DNA of 64,000 nt from an uncultured Armatimonadetes bacterium (GCA_963717145.1 OY970325.1:3296001-3360000), one strand, 5' to 3'. Shown: positions 1 through 11,946, numbered from the stretch's first letter. Numbers and translations are program-made. The notes: generated by a model from the letters alone, not told the origin.

Positions 1-644
1 GCCGACCACCGCCAGATCTCACGACCGTTCGCCGTCGCGGCGAAATCGAACTGCTGGCCGGATGAGAACGCCAGCGTTTGGGATATCGGGCCTGTGTTCT
101 CGACGACAAATGTCATCGGCACCTGTTCACCGGCCCGGTACTCCGGCTGTGCGACTTCCATCGTGAACCGCAAGTTGCCCTGCACGTTCGTTTTCCTCAC
201 GGGACCAGGCGGTGGGCCGGGCATGGGACTCGGCGGAGTCCAGGGATATATCCGCTCGATCTCACTGATGTACCACGGACCTTCCCGACCGGGAGCGCTG
301 GAACCAGAGAACAGTTTACCACGTATCTCGTCGCCCTGCAACAGGTAGTAGGCCGCGATGGCGCCGATGTTCCGCTTGTCGTTGAAATCGACCTTGCCGT
401 TTGTCTTGTACAGGTAGTTCTCCGCGGTAATCTGGATCATCCTTTCCCTGACATCGAGTAATGACAGGTCGGAACTCTCATTGACTCGCAGCATGATTCT
501 TGCCCCGGGGAACGAAAGCCTTTCGCCACCGAGGAAGGTCGCCCGGATCACGGAACACTGTTGGTCCGCTGAGGGAACCTGTGCCTGGGCCGTGCCGAAG
601 AGGAAAACCAGTAGTGCAATCGGTGCGAGCAGTCTGATGCGCAT
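1..644 (-). CDS. Secreted protein with BsuPI-like (intracellular proteinase inhibitor) domain; runs off window start
   Basis: Manual translation: AAAGGAGG RBS, MRIRLLAPIALLVFLFGTAQA signal peptide, Pro-rich linker, then TLAFSSGQQFDF...REIWRWS typical of BsuPI domains. Confidence 0.7.
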   Translation of the reverse strand, partial: MRIRLLAPIALLVFLFGTAQAQVPSADQQCSVIRATFLGGERLSFPGARIMLRVNESSDLSLLDVRERMIQITAENYLYKTNGKVDFNDKRNIGAIAAYYLLQGDEIRGKLFSGSSAPGREGPWYISEIERIYPWTPPSPMPGPPPGPVRKTNVQGNLRFTMEVAQPEYRAGEQVPMTFVVENTGPISQTLAFSSGQQFDFAATANGREIWRWS

Positions 645-662
645 GATACTTACCTCCTTTGG

Positions 663-1448
663 CTATTTCTCCTGCTTGGCGCGGTCCCAGACCGCGTCCA
701 TCTCCTGAATACTTAGACTCTCGATCGACCTCCCATGTTCGCGGGCGGCTTCCTCGATCTTTCTGAATCGCCGGGAGAACCGCTCGATCATGACTCGGAG
801 AGCGTCCTCGGGATCGGCGCCGGTCCAGCGGGCGACATTGACCACGGTGAAGAGCAGATCGCCGATCTCCTCGAAGATTCGGTCGCGATCGTCGGCTGAG
901 AGTTCGACTTTCAGCTCTCCGACCTCTTCCTCCAGCTTCTCCACGACGGCATCGAGATTCGGCCATTCGAACCCGGCTTTGGCGGCCTTCTTCGAGATCT
1001 CCATCGCACGGGCGAGTGCCGGCATCGCTTTGGGGACGCCGTCGAGGATCGAGGTCCGCTTCTCGTTGCCCTTCTCACGGCGCTTGATCTCCTCCCAGTT
1101 GTGGAGTACTTCTTCCGAGTCGCAGACTTTCGTCTCGCCGAAGACATGAGGATGGCGGCGGATCAGCTTCTCGTTGATGCTTCGGAGCGAGTCCTCGATG
1201 GTGAAGTCACCGCGCTCTGAGGCGAATTGGGCGTGGAAGACGGCCTGCATCATGAGGTCGCCGAGTTCGGAGCGCAACTCGTCCATGTCGCGGCCGTCGA
1301 TGGCTTCGAGGACCTCGTAGGTCTCCTCGAGGAGGTTCGGCTTGATGGAATCGTGGGTCTGCTCGCGGTCCCACGGGCAGCCGTTCTCGGCCCTGAGGCG
1401 GGCGATGATGTCGACCAGTTTTTCGAACTCGGCACCAGTATCGGCCAT
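663..1448 (-). CDS. mazG: Nucleoside triphosphate pyrophosphohydrolase MazG
   Basis: GCPWDREQTH, EETYEV, ELGDL, KLIRRHPHVF motifs; tandem MazG domains. Confidence 0.95.
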   Translation of the reverse strand: MADTGAEFEKLVDIIARLRAENGCPWDREQTHDSIKPNLLEETYEVLEAIDGRDMDELRSELGDLMMQAVFHAQFASERGDFTIEDSLRSINEKLIRRHPHVFGETKVCDSEEVLHNWEEIKRREKGNEKRTSILDGVPKAMPALARAMEISKKAAKAGFEWPNLDAVVEKLEEEVGELKVELSADDRDRIFEEIGDLLFTVVNVARWTGADPEDALRVMIERFSRRFRKIEEAAREHGRSIESLSIQEMDAVWDRAKQEK

Positions 1449-1463
1449 TGTGATCAGTCCTGT

Positions 1464-1562
1464 GCCCAGGTCGGGAGGGCGAAGCTCCGTCTGAGCCGCG
1501 AGGGATGGCTGGATACAGACGCTATCCCGGCTCAGACGGAGCTTCGCCCTCCCGACCTGGGC
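1464..1562. repeat. Perfect inverted repeat (35-bp arms), REPIN-like, GGAGGGCGAAGCTCCGTCTGAGCC family
   Basis: Arms are reverse complements; related copy at 33186-33251. Confidence 0.9.
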
Positions 1563-2206
1563 GGAACGTACACGCTACTCAGGTGGTCGAACTCGCCTCG
1601 ATCGAGTTCGAAGAGCGGAACGGTCCGCGCCTCCATGCAGTCCGTACCCGCTCCGGTGACAATCGTGACCTCGAACTCGTCGGGGAAGTCCTCCATGAGC
1701 GAGAGCTTGACCTCAGATGCGATCGACCGATCATAGACCTGGTAGATCAGGGTCGGCGCATCAGGGTCGGGGCGGACCTCGCCCAGCGAGAGGGCATCGA
1801 TGATCTTGAGGCCAACGTCGAACCCGACGCCGACCGCTTCGAGCACCGGTTCGATGAAGCTCTCCGATCCGATGATCCGGACTTCGATCCCTCGCTCTCG
1901 GGCGCCGGCGATCAGGATACCCACCGACCGCTCCCCGACCAGAGGATGGCCCGGAACGGCGTACATGACGTCGCTGTCGGCGGCCTCGTCGAGCAGGCGG
2001 GCGGCGATCCCCTCGTACACTTCGTCGAAGCTCTCGGCGCTCTCATAGAGGCCGTCGAACGATATGAGTTTCACACCGCTCAGTTCGTCGACGACCGGAT
2101 GCCTGGCAGTACGCACAAAAACAGTGGGTGCGGAAAGGAGAAGCTCCCACGCACCCACTGATGTTTGCTCGCGATTCGAGGGGCCGAGGCCGACGATGGT
2201 GATCAC
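1532..2206 (-). CDS. Tetrapyrrole methylase-like protein (YabN N-terminal domain)
   Basis: ITIVGLGP, RTARHP, YAVPGHPLVGE, QVYDRSIASEVKLSLM, FDHLSSVYVP. Confidence 0.88.
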   Translation of the reverse strand: MITIVGLGPSNREQTSVGAWELLLSAPTVFVRTARHPVVDELSGVKLISFDGLYESAESFDEVYEGIAARLLDEAADSDVMYAVPGHPLVGERSVGILIAGARERGIEVRIIGSESFIEPVLEAVGVGFDVGLKIIDALSLGEVRPDPDAPTLIYQVYDRSIASEVKLSLMEDFPDEFEVTIVTGAGTDCMEARTVPLFELDRGEFDHLSSVYVPPRSGGRSSV

Positions 2207-2258
2207 CAGGCCGGCCTCGGAGTCCGTATACTCATCTGTTTTGCGAAACGGCCTCTCA

Positions 2259-3252
2259 CTACTTCTTGCCCGGTGCGGTCGGGGCCTTCGTAGGGCCCTT
2301 GTATCCGGGAGTACCGGGGGCCGGGTTCTTCGGCGTCAACTCGTCTTTGTAACGGTCGATCATGATCTGGATGTCGGCGGTCTCTCGGAACTTGTTGAGA
2401 TCGGCGTCAACATCCCACTTCTTCGCGCCCTGCTCCCGCATCATGCCTTCCAGGAGAAGGAACTTGACTTCAGCGAACTTCTGCACCTTCGACGGGTTGT
2501 GGCGCACGACCTTGAATATCGCGTAACCGGTCTGATCGGCGATCGGCTGAGTGTACTCGCCCTTTCTGGTGGCGAGGACTGTCTTCCACACCTTGAGTGG
2601 AAGCTGCGGGTCATTGGCATAGATCGGTCGGCCAAGCCGTCCGCCGGTGGCCTTCGAACCCTCGTCCGAAGAGCTGCCTGGCCACTGTGCTGAAGTCGAC
2701 GCCCTGCTTCAGCAACTGCATGGCCTTGGTGGCATCTGCTTGCTTCTCGCAGAAGATAGCGGCAACATCGGCATTCTCAGGGACAGTGAACTGGGTATCC
2801 CGATACTGATCGTAGTACGCCTTCACATCTTTCTCGGGGATATTGATTCCTCGAGTGAGAAGGTTGAAGTGAGCCTGCAGAATGCGAACCAGATCCTTGG
2901 CCTGGTCTTTGGTGAGCCCAGCCTGCTTGATCCTGGCTTGGAACTGAGGCTGCTTCTGCATCTGCGCATATCTCTCGTTGACCTGCGCGTCGGTCGGCGG
3001 GCACTTTTCCTTCTCCGCCAATCTCAGGAGCAACTCCTCGTTGATCAGGTCTCGCATGACTATGATGCCCGCCTCGACCTGTGACTCCTGGGAACCCATC
3101 GGCATGCGCTCAAGCCTGTTATAATACTCCTGACGGCTGATCTTGCGGCCGTTCACCTTCGCAACGGTGTTCTTGCCACAACCCGTCAGGAAGATAGCAA
3201 CCATGGCCGCCCCCAGGACCAGCACTAAGGCCCTCTTGCCTGCACTACTCAT
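2259..3252 (-). CDS. PrsA/SurA-like peptidyl-prolyl isomerase lipoprotein (frameshift near 2670)
   Basis: Lipobox LTGC, VAKVNG, FSTVARQ; the parvulin domain continues in another frame (ORF 2259-2591). Confidence 0.8.
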
Positions 3253-3293
3253 ACTCGTGTGATCTCCTCTCGGTATTCGGATACTTTCGACTC

Positions 3294-4085
3294 TTAGTGA
3301 AACAACACAACGTCACAGGCCAAGTGCCCGCGCAATCTCAGGACTGCCTGTGTGTGCAATTGGTAGACCCTTGATTCGGAAACGGAAAGGACTTTCCCTA
3401 TTTCCTTGAACGTCAGACCCTCGTAGTAGTACAGAGCGATTACCAGGCGCTCCCGTTCCGGCAGGCGGTCTATCGCCGTGCCCAGGATCCGGCGCATTTC
3501 CTTGCCTTCGATCTCGGACGAAGGACCGGCGGACTCGTCATTGATCACGTCGGCAAGATGTATTCGCTCATTGCCGTCGGACCCGACGATCACATCGTCG
3601 AGCGACATCAGGGTCGCCCGACCGGTATCCGCGAGAAGGGAGTGAAGCTCATCGAGGTCGATCTCCAAGGCTGCTGCAACTTCCTCCTCGGTAGCCGGCC
3701 TGCCGATCTCCATCTCCAGACGCAGATAGGTCCGCTCGAGATTCTTCACTCGCTCTCGGACAGACCTCGGCACCCAGTCTTCTTCTCGAAGCATTTCGAG
3801 GATGGCGCCACGGATCAGGGCGATAGCGTAGGTCTCGAACTTGACCAGGCGCGTAACATCGAACTGATCCACAGCCTTGATGAGCCCGACTACCCCTGCG
3901 CTGACCAGGTCATCCCGGTCAACGTTCGGGGGGAGGCTCGTCACAACACGCCCAGCGGTGATCTTGACCAGGTAGGCGTACCGGGTGATCAGAGCATCTC
4001 GCGCGTGTTGGTCCCCATCGCCCTTGTACCGCTTCCAGAGGAGCTGAGGATCCGCGACTATTCTGTTATCATCTTTATTACGCAT
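3294..4085 (-). CDS. fliA: FliA/WhiG-family RNA polymerase sigma factor
   Basis: DDLVSAGVVGLIKAVDQFD, KFETYA..IRGAI, DWVPRSVR, YYYEGLTFKEIG..L.VSESRVYQLH. Confidence 0.88.
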   Translation of the reverse strand: MRNKDDNRIVADPQLLWKRYKGDGDQHARDALITRYAYLVKITAGRVVTSLPPNVDRDDLVSAGVVGLIKAVDQFDVTRLVKFETYAIALIRGAILEMLREEDWVPRSVRERVKNLERTYLRLEMEIGRPATEEEVAAALEIDLDELHSLLADTGRATLMSLDDVIVGSDGNERIHLADVINDESAGPSSEIEGKEMRRILGTAIDRLPERERLVIALYYYEGLTFKEIGKVLSVSESRVYQLHTQAVLRLRGHLACDVVLFH

Positions 4086-4286
4086 GGGATAGGGCCGCGG
4101 GTTCCTGGACTGACCGGCTCGGGTTGAAATATTTATTCGCCCGTATCGGCAATTGTGTGAGGAACGACTCCGACGCGACAACACACGTCGCCATGCCGCC
4201 TCCCCACGCCACGGCCAATTGTATACCGAGAACCGACAGTATGTCAACCGAATAATACGCGACCCGGACTGCGGACTGCACAAGCC

Positions 4287-4444
4287 GTTGGGGCAGGAGT
4301 TCAACTCCTGCCCCAACCATGAGTCGTGTCGTTGGGGTAGGAGTTAAACTCCCGCCCCAACTATGAGTCGTTTGTTGGGGTAGGAGTTAAACTCCCGCCC
4401 CAACTATGAGTCGTTTGTTGGGGCAGGAGTTGGACTCCTGCCCC
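4287..4444. repeat. Tandem array of four palindromic units GTTGGGGYAGGAGTT.AACTCCYGCCCCAAC
   Basis: Units at 4287, 4331, 4374, 4417 with near-identical 12-13 bp spacers. Confidence 0.9.
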
Positions 4445-4478
4445 GGCTCAGGCACACGGACCCAGTGCCTGCGGCTTC

Positions 4479-5991
4479 TCACGCCGCAGGGCGAATCTCA
4501 TCCCTGAAGGCGGTCACGGGCTGCTCCCGGTGCATCTTCATCGCCTCGTGGTAGAAGTCCACATACCTCGACGCCTGAGCGCACCACGAGTAGTCACCGG
4601 CCAGCGCCGTCTCGATCAGCCGCTTCCATTCCTTCTTGTCGCCGTATGTCTCGACCGCGCGCTTGACGGTTTTCATGAGGGCCGAGGAAGTGTAGTCCTC
4701 GAAGACGAAGCCGTTCGACGACGGGTCGTCCGCCGAATAGTCCACGATGGTATCCGCCAGGCCACCGGTCTTGCGGACGATCGGGATGGTCCCGTATCGC
4801 AGGCTGATCAACTGGCCGAGCCCGCACGGTTCGAATCTCGACGGCATGAGGAACATATCGCTCCCGGCATAGATCTGCTGGGCCAGCCTCATGTCGAAAC
4901 CGATGTTGGCCCTCACCTGCTCGGGATGCTTGCGCTGGAGATCGGTGAAGAACTTCTCGTACTTCTGATCGCCGGTGCCCAGAACGACGATCTGGACGCC
5001 GAGCTTCATCATCCCCAGGGCAGAACGATGGATCAGGTCGAGGCCCTTCTGGTCCGCGAGGCGGGAGACCATGCCGATGACCGGGACCTTTGCGTCCACC
5101 GGAAGACCCATCGCCCTCTGGAGCGCGTTCTTGTTTCGTGCCTTGCCGCGGAAAATTTCCGTGGCTGTACTTGCAGGAGATGCGCGAATCACAGGCGGGG
5201 TCGAATTCCTCGTAGTCGATGCCGTTAAGTATCCCCCTGAGGCGGCCGAGATCATTCAGATAGCAGAGCAGCCCCTGCAGCCGGCAGCCGTACTCGTCGG
5301 TCTGAACCTCGCAGGCGTAGGTCGGGCTGACCGTGCTGACCGCATCGGAAAAGACGATCCCCGCCTTGAGGAAGTTGACGCGCCCATAGCACTCGAGCTT
5401 GTCCATGGTGTAGAGCCAGCCAGGGAGGCCGACCTCATCGAGGACCGAGTAGTCGAACTCGCCCTGGTAGGCCAGGTTGTGGATCGTGAACACGCTTGCG
5501 GCACGGGAGAGCGCCTCGTCGTGCGTGTAGAGCGCGCTCTTGTAGACCGGGAGCATGCCGGTGTGCCAGTCGTTGCAGTGGATGACATCCGGCTTCCAGG
5601 CAGGCTTCATGGCGCAGAGCATCTCCAGGACCGCCCTGGAGAAGAAGGCATACGGTTCGCTTCCCGGCATGTACACCGACTTCGAGTCGATACAGCCATC
5701 GAAATACGGCCCGCAGACGAGGTAGACCGGGACATCGCCGAGCGCGGTCTGCTTGACGGCGCCGGTCACCATCTTCCCACCCAGCGGAACTTGGAGGTCT
5801 TTGATCGTGGTCTTGACCCTGCAGTTCGGGTTATCCTCGATCATCTTGTAGCCGGGCATGACGATGCGCACATCGTGGCCCATTGCGGTGAGCGCCTTGG
5901 GGAGCGCTCCGGCGACGTCGGCGAGGCCGCCGACCTTGGCGAGCGGAGACACCTCCGCCGATACAAACAGAACTCTCAGCGTCTTCGGCAC
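4479..5991 (-). CDS. glgA: Glycogen synthase (frameshift near 5150)
   Basis: KVGGLADV, IHCNDWHT, FTIHNLAYQG, then SRLADQKG and MPSRFEPCGL in a second frame. Confidence 0.92.
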
Positions 5992-6050
5992 GTTTGTCCC
6001 TTTCTCAACAGGGGTCAGGGGCTAACACCCACACTCCCATACTCCGCCCC

Positions 6051-6416
6051 CTATTCCTTACTCAGTATCTGTATTGTCTTGAAAAGCTTGCGGCGGTTCA
6101 GCGGCTTGAGGATGAAGTCCTTGGCGCCCGCACTGATGGCCTCCATCGCGAGCGCTCGCTGGCCGTTTCCCGCGCAGATCAGGATCGCAGCGTTCGGATC
6201 CGTGTAGAGGATCCGGCGAACTGCGGCCGCGCCGTCGATATCCGGCAGTGCGGCGTCCATCACCACGATGTCGGGCCTCATCTTCTCGTACTTCTCGAGC
6301 GATTCCTGGACGGTCTTGGCCTCGCCGACCACCTGGCAGCCGATCGACGCCAACACGTCCCGGAGCGTCATCCTGTCTCCGAAACCGCCACTGACAATGA
6401 GAGTCCTTCTAGCCAT
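6051..6416 (-). CDS. CheY-like single-domain response regulator
   Basis: VVGEA, PDIVVMD, GAKDFILKP; N-terminal acidic pair is missing. Confidence 0.85.
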   Translation of the reverse strand: MARRTLIVSGGFGDRMTLRDVLASIGCQVVGEAKTVQESLEKYEKMRPDIVVMDAALPDIDGAAAVRRILYTDPNAAILICAGNGQRALAMEAISAGAKDFILKPLNRRKLFKTIQILSKE

Positions 6417-6679
6417 GATGCTAACCTCGATTCGATGCTGGCGCTATATCTTGGAATCGCCGGCGACCACAACGGATAGTAGCGGCGTCGGAAGTTCGTT
6501 CGTGATCGCCGGCGAAAATGTAAGACTGGCGCCAACCCTTCTATTCGATTATCGGCATAACCCGATTTTTCTGCATGGTTCCGCGAGGATGACGGCATCA
6601 TGTAGTTGTGCGATAACAATGAAACATCTCTCGGCCTCATGGGGTATAATATGATGATACAGAATGCGGGAGGTCGAGA

Positions 6680-7777
6680 ATGATGTCAGCGCGGATGCTC
6701 TTGCGGTTAGTGCTGGTGCTGTGCACGGCACTGTCAGTCTGTGTGCGTGTCAACGGTACTGAGGAGGAGACCTATGCGCTGCACTCGCCGAGCATATCAC
6801 CCGACGGCAAAACGATCGTCTTCGTGTCTGATCACAGGAACGGCAATCCCGATGTGTACCGCATCGGCATCGACGGAAAGGGCCTGAAGCGGCTTACGGA
6901 TGGGAAGGCGTGGTACTCGGATCCGGCATGGTCACCTGATGGTCGAACGATAGCATGCACCAAAGGTGACTACCCGAAGGAATCCGTCATGTTGATGGGA
7001 AGTGACGGCGGAAAGCCCCGGACCTTCACCAAGGGGAAGTACGATGAGGCCGAGCCTGCGTGGATGCCTGATGGAACCAAGCTGATCGTCACTACCTCAC
7101 GAAACGGCAATGCCGACTTGATACTGATCACGAGCAGTGGCGGAGAGGAACGCTGTGTCGCAGCCACCAAGGAGGCGGAGGTCAATCCCAACTGCTCGCG
7201 TGACGGGCAGTGGGTCGTATACGAGATACCGGATTTCAGCGTGGGCACTAGTGGTGACAAGTATCAGATACACATTTGGAAGAAGTCGCTGACCCAGGCC
7301 CATGCGCAACCAATCCAGCTCACGTCCGGGTTTCACGCCGATTCCGCTCCACGCTTCTCGCCTGATGGCACCAAGATCTGCTTTGCGCGCAGCCGGGATG
7401 TTGATGGAATCTGGATAGTGAACGCAGATGGTACGAACCCACAGCGCGTACCCATCGAAGCATTCGGGGCATACGATCCCAACTGGTCGCCGGACGGACA
7501 GAAGATAGTGTTCGTCCGCGAGACCGCAAATCCCGGCACTGAGACCACCCGAAAGGAGATCTACATCGTCAATCTGGACGGGACGGGTCTGACCCAGATC
7601 AGCAATATCTACCCTCTGTTCCAGGCGGCGAGCATCAATGAGACCGAGCCTTCGGTCGCGTCATGTGCCGTGGGTAGTAGGCCCCACGGCGGTCGGAACA
7701 GAGCCATTGCAGGCGGAGGGATCGGCATCGGCCTGGCCGCCATTGTAGCGAAGATGTTGCTCGTGAAACGAGGATGA
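6680..7777 (+). CDS. TolB-like PD40 beta-propeller protein with signal peptide and C-terminal hydrophobic segment
   Basis: Repeated P.(W/F)SPDG..I.F motifs; C-terminal GGGIGIGLAAIVAKMLLVKRG. Confidence 0.85.
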   Translation: MMSARMLLRLVLVLCTALSVCVRVNGTEEETYALHSPSISPDGKTIVFVSDHRNGNPDVYRIGIDGKGLKRLTDGKAWYSDPAWSPDGRTIACTKGDYPKESVMLMGSDGGKPRTFTKGKYDEAEPAWMPDGTKLIVTTSRNGNADLILITSSGGEERCVAATKEAEVNPNCSRDGQWVVYEIPDFSVGTSGDKYQIHIWKKSLTQAHAQPIQLTSGFHADSAPRFSPDGTKICFARSRDVDGIWIVNADGTNPQRVPIEAFGAYDPNWSPDGQKIVFVRETANPGTETTRKEIYIVNLDGTGLTQISNIYPLFQAASINETEPSVASCAVGSRPHGGRNRAIAGGGIGIGLAAIVAKMLLVKRG

Positions 7778-7807
7778 CATCGCCCTGAGACACGAACAGC
7801 GGGGAAT

Positions 7808-7843
7808 GCAGAAAGGGACGCCCGGGCTGGGCGTCCCTTTTGC
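7808..7843. terminator. Likely bidirectional intrinsic terminator between convergent genes
   Basis: aaagggacgccc-gggct-gggcgtcccttt with A/T tails. Confidence 0.75.
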
Positions 7844-7866
7844 GTATCGTATGTTGAAGTAGCGGG

Positions 7867-8571
7867 TTACTTCTCGGCGATGGCCTGGGCTTTCGCCACA
7901 TCGAGGTCGAGGCCGGGGCCCATCGTGGATGAGACGGTGATCCGCTTCAGATATCGTCCCTTGGCCGCAGTGGGGCGGGCCTTGATGAGCGCGGTGAGCA
8001 GAGCTGCCAGGTTCTCGACCAGCTTCTCGGTCTCGAAGGAGACTTTGCCGATCGCCATGTGGATCGTTCCGGCTTTGTCTACCCTGTACTCCGCGCGCGC
8101 TGCGCTCTTGATGTCCTTGATGACCCGCTCGACATCCATGGTGACCGTGCCGGACTTCGGGTTCGGCATCCTCGGGCCGAGGAGCTTACCCAGCTTCCCG
8201 ACCATGCTCATCACGTCGGGGGTCGCGACCAGGATGTCGAACTCGCGCCATCCGCCCTCGATCTGCTTCACTAGGTCCTCCGCGCCGACGACATCCGCGC
8301 CGGCATCGGTGGCCGCCTGGGCCTTGTCACCCTTGGCGAAGACCGCCACGCGGCGGACCTTGCCGGTTCCATGCGGCAGGGTCGTCGTGCCACGGACCAT
8401 CTGGTCGCCGTGACGGGGGTCAACGCCGAGCCGAACTGCGACATCGACGGTCTCGTCGAACTTCGCGTTGGCAAGCTCCTTGACGGTGGCGAGAGCTTCC
8501 TGCGGCTCCCATGACTTTCCCTTTTCCACCTTACCGGCTAACTCGTTGAATCTCTTACCATGATCTGTCAT
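7867..8571 (-). CDS. rplA: 50S ribosomal protein L1
   Basis: AKFDETV, LGVDPRHGDQMVRG..LPHGTGK, MPNPKSGTVT, SSTMGPG. Confidence 0.98.
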   Translation of the reverse strand: MTDHGKRFNELAGKVEKGKSWEPQEALATVKELANAKFDETVDVAVRLGVDPRHGDQMVRGTTTLPHGTGKVRRVAVFAKGDKAQAATDAGADVVGAEDLVKQIEGGWREFDILVATPDVMSMVGKLGKLLGPRMPNPKSGTVTMDVERVIKDIKSAARAEYRVDKAGTIHMAIGKVSFETEKLVENLAALLTALIKARPTAAKGRYLKRITVSSTMGPGLDLDVAKAQAIAEK

Positions 8572-8585
8572 TGCGATTCCTCCTT

Positions 8586-8621
8586 GTGGTTTCTTTGCGG
8601 TCCGATAGACAGACCTCCCAC
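8586..8621 (-). promoter_or_regulatory. Putative L1 autoregulatory binding site in the rplA leader
   Basis: Minus strand GTGGGAGG...ACCAC immediately before the rplA RBS, resembling the L1 rRNA-mimic site. Confidence 0.6.
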
Positions 8622-8634
8622 GCTACCAAACACT

Positions 8635-8731
8635 GGCCGGCACTGAGGCACGGCCACTACGGGATGTCATTCTGAGCGAAGCGAAGAATCCGGCGGCGGG
8701 AGCCAGATTCTTCGCTTCGCTCAGGATGACA
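8635..8731. repeat. GTAG-type REP half plus TGTCATTCTGAGCGAAGCGAAGAATC inverted pair
   Basis: ggccggcactgaggcacggccactac at 8635-8660; near-perfect inverted repeat 8665-8731. Confidence 0.85.
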
Positions 8732-8741
8732 GAAACATAGG

Positions 8742-9167
8742 CTAGGCCTCGATCTCGATTCCGGCCGATCGGGCCGTACCCGCGATGATCTTCATTGCCG
8801 CCTCGACATCGTTCGCATTGAGGTCGGGCATCTTCAGTTCGGCGATCTCCCGAAGCTTGGCCTGGGAAACCTTGCCGACCTTCTCGCGGTTGGGCACGCC
8901 GGAACCCTTGGGGATGCCCGCGGCCTTCTTGAGCAGCTCGGATGCGGGCGGAGTCTTCAGGACGTAGGTGAACGAGCGGTCTTCGAAGACGGTGATCTCG
9001 ACCGGGACGATCGTGCCCATCTGAGGCGCGGTCTTCTCGTTGTACGACTTGATGAACTCCATCATGTTGATGCCATATTGGCCCAGTGCAGGACCAACAG
9101 GTGGTGCCGGCGTGGCTTGCCCCGCAGCGATCTGGAGCTTAACCACTCCCATTACTTTCTTAGCCAT
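8742..9167 (-). CDS. rplK: 50S ribosomal protein L11
   Basis: [29 protein letters not shown]. Confidence 0.98.
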   Translation of the reverse strand: MAKKVMGVVKLQIAAGQATPAPPVGPALGQYGINMMEFIKSYNEKTAPQMGTIVPVEITVFEDRSFTYVLKTPPASELLKKAAGIPKGSGVPNREKVGKVSQAKLREIAELKMPDLNANDVEAAMKIIAGTARSAGIEIEA

Positions 9168-9206
9168 TCTGAATCCTCCATCGACGTTATCGTCGCTCTA
9201 CGCGTT

Positions 9207-9295
9207 CCCGAAAACACGTTGGGGATGGAGTTGGACTCCATCCCCCGAAGTTCACAGGGGATGGAGTCCAACTCCATCCCCAACGTGTTTTCGGG
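9207..9295. repeat. Perfect inverted repeat (39-bp arms), GGGGATGGAGTTGGACTCCATCCCC family
   Basis: Related copies at about 18240-18313 and 29330-29365. Confidence 0.9.
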
Positions 9296-9335
9296 GTCCG
9301 GGCGACCGTGGAAGGATCGCCCCTACAGGTGCAAA

Positions 9336-9860
9336 CTATATCTTCTCGACCTGGGTGAAGTCGAGTTCGACCGGGGTATCTCTTCCAAAGATCGAGATGA
9401 GCACCCGAAGCTTTTCCTTCTGGATGTTGACGTCCTCGATCGTCCCGGTGAACTCGGCGAACGGGCCGGACATGACGCGCACGACCTGACTCTTCTCCCA
9501 GAGCACTCTCGGCTTCTGGCGAGGGCCTTCGACGGCCTCCAGGATGTTGGCGACTTCCTTGTCCTGCAGCGGCACGGGCTTGTTGCCCGAACTGACGAAT
9601 CCGGTGACACCCGTCGTGCTCTTCACCAGGTACCAGGTCTGGTCATCGAGCACCATCTCGATGAGAACGTAGCCGGGGAAGATCTTCCGGGCGACTTCCC
9701 GCTTTTTCCCGGCGCGCGTCCGCAACTCCTGCTCCGTGGGGATCAGTATCCTGAAGACGCGATCCTTCAGACCCATCGATTCCGCACGGCGCTCGATGTT
9801 CGTCTTTACCTTGTTTTCATGCCCTGAGTACGTGTGTACTGCGTACCAGTGCCTTTCCAT
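9336..9860 (-). CDS. nusG: Transcription termination/antitermination factor NusG
   Basis: WYAVHTYSGHENKVK, FPGYVL, GPFAEFTG, SIFGRDTPVELDF. Confidence 0.97.
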   Translation of the reverse strand: MERHWYAVHTYSGHENKVKTNIERRAESMGLKDRVFRILIPTEQELRTRAGKKREVARKIFPGYVLIEMVLDDQTWYLVKSTTGVTGFVSSGNKPVPLQDKEVANILEAVEGPRQKPRVLWEKSQVVRVMSGPFAEFTGTIEDVNIQKEKLRVLISIFGRDTPVELDFTQVEKI

Positions 9861-9910
9861 AATCAGCCTCACGATGTCGGCAGATGCGACCGTATTGTGC
9901 AGAGCGTTGG

Positions 9911-10126
9911 CTACCAGCCGAACTTGGCGGTTGCCCAACCGAGAAAATAGTCCAGTCCGCCGATCCAGGCGGCGACCACCAGGACGGCGGCAAGCACCAC
10001 CATAGTCGATTTCCTGACCTCGTCATAGGAGGGCCAGGAGGTCTTCTTCAGCTCTACCCAAACTTCGCGGAAGAATTTGATTACTCGCAGAAAGAATCCT
10101 TCGTTCTTGTTGGCGATAGTTGCCAT
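9911..10126 (-). CDS. secE: Preprotein translocase subunit SecE
   Basis: FFREVWVELKKTSWP followed by one TM segment; upstream of nusG. Confidence 0.95.
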   Translation of the reverse strand: MATIANKNEGFFLRVIKFFREVWVELKKTSWPSYDEVRKSTMVVLAAVLVVAAWIGGLDYFLGWATAKFGW

Positions 10127-10233
10127 TCTAATCATACCCCCCGGCGGTTCGCTCGGACGAACCACAAAAATGCTCCTCTGCACTGCCGCAAGGTCCGGCG
10201 CAGGGAGCTTCCTCTAGTCCTGTATTGATGAGT

Positions 10234-10309
10234 TGGCAGGGGCAACAGGGCTCGAACCTGCGACACCCGGTTTTGGAGACCGGTGCTCTACCAACTGAGC
10301 TATGCCCCT
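10234..10309 (-). tRNA. tRNA-Trp (CCA)
   Basis: AGGGGCATAGCTCAGTTGGTAGAGCACCGGTCTCCAAAACCGGGTGTCGCAGGTTCGAGCCCTGTTGCCCCTGCCA. Confidence 0.97.
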
Positions 10310-10372
10310 CCGTATTCCGCATAGATGTTACCACATCGGACTGAGATTGTAAAGCGCGAGCCTCGGAGGCCC

Positions 10373-10439
10373 TGTAGTGGCCGCGCCTCAGTGCCGGCCT
10401 CGGACGCGGAATGGCCGGCACTGCGGCACGGCCACTACA
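10373..10439. repeat. REP doublet, GTAGTGGCCGYGCCTCHGTGCCGGCC family
   Basis: Inverted pair; other copies at 28037-28105, 35043-35117, 35646-35710, 38313-38402, 57905-58063. Confidence 0.9.
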
Positions 10440-10447
10440 ACATGCCC

Positions 10448-10609
10448 CTACTTCGCCTCGCGGTGTACGCTGTGCTTGCGGCACTTCTTGCAGAACTTCT
10501 TCAGCTCGATGCGGTCAGGATCGCTCCGTTTATTCTTTGTTGTCGCGTAATTCCTCGACTTGCAGTCCTGGCAAGCCAAGGTGATCACAACTCTGGCGTC
10601 TGTTGCCAT
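10448..10609 (-). CDS. rpmG: 50S ribosomal protein L33 (Cys-containing form)
   Basis: Manual translation [53 protein letters not shown]. Confidence 0.95.
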   Translation of the reverse strand: MATDARVVITLACQDCKSRNYATTKNKRSDPDRIELKKFCKKCRKHSVHREAK

Positions 10610-10731
10610 GTACGGTCAAACCTTCCTAAGATCGCCCCCGATGTTGGGGACGAAAAGACATGCAGCCCGGAGCCATGACGGGCATGAAGCCCCAGGCTAC
10701 ATATCTTCATTTCCTTGTGTACTGACTTACC

Positions 10732-11946
<1,215 letters not shown>

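Noticed and set aside
4287-4444. CRISPR-like array of four palindromic repeats
   Set aside because: Spacers are only 12-13 bp and nearly identical, there are no cas genes, and the same unit occurs singly elsewhere as a REP
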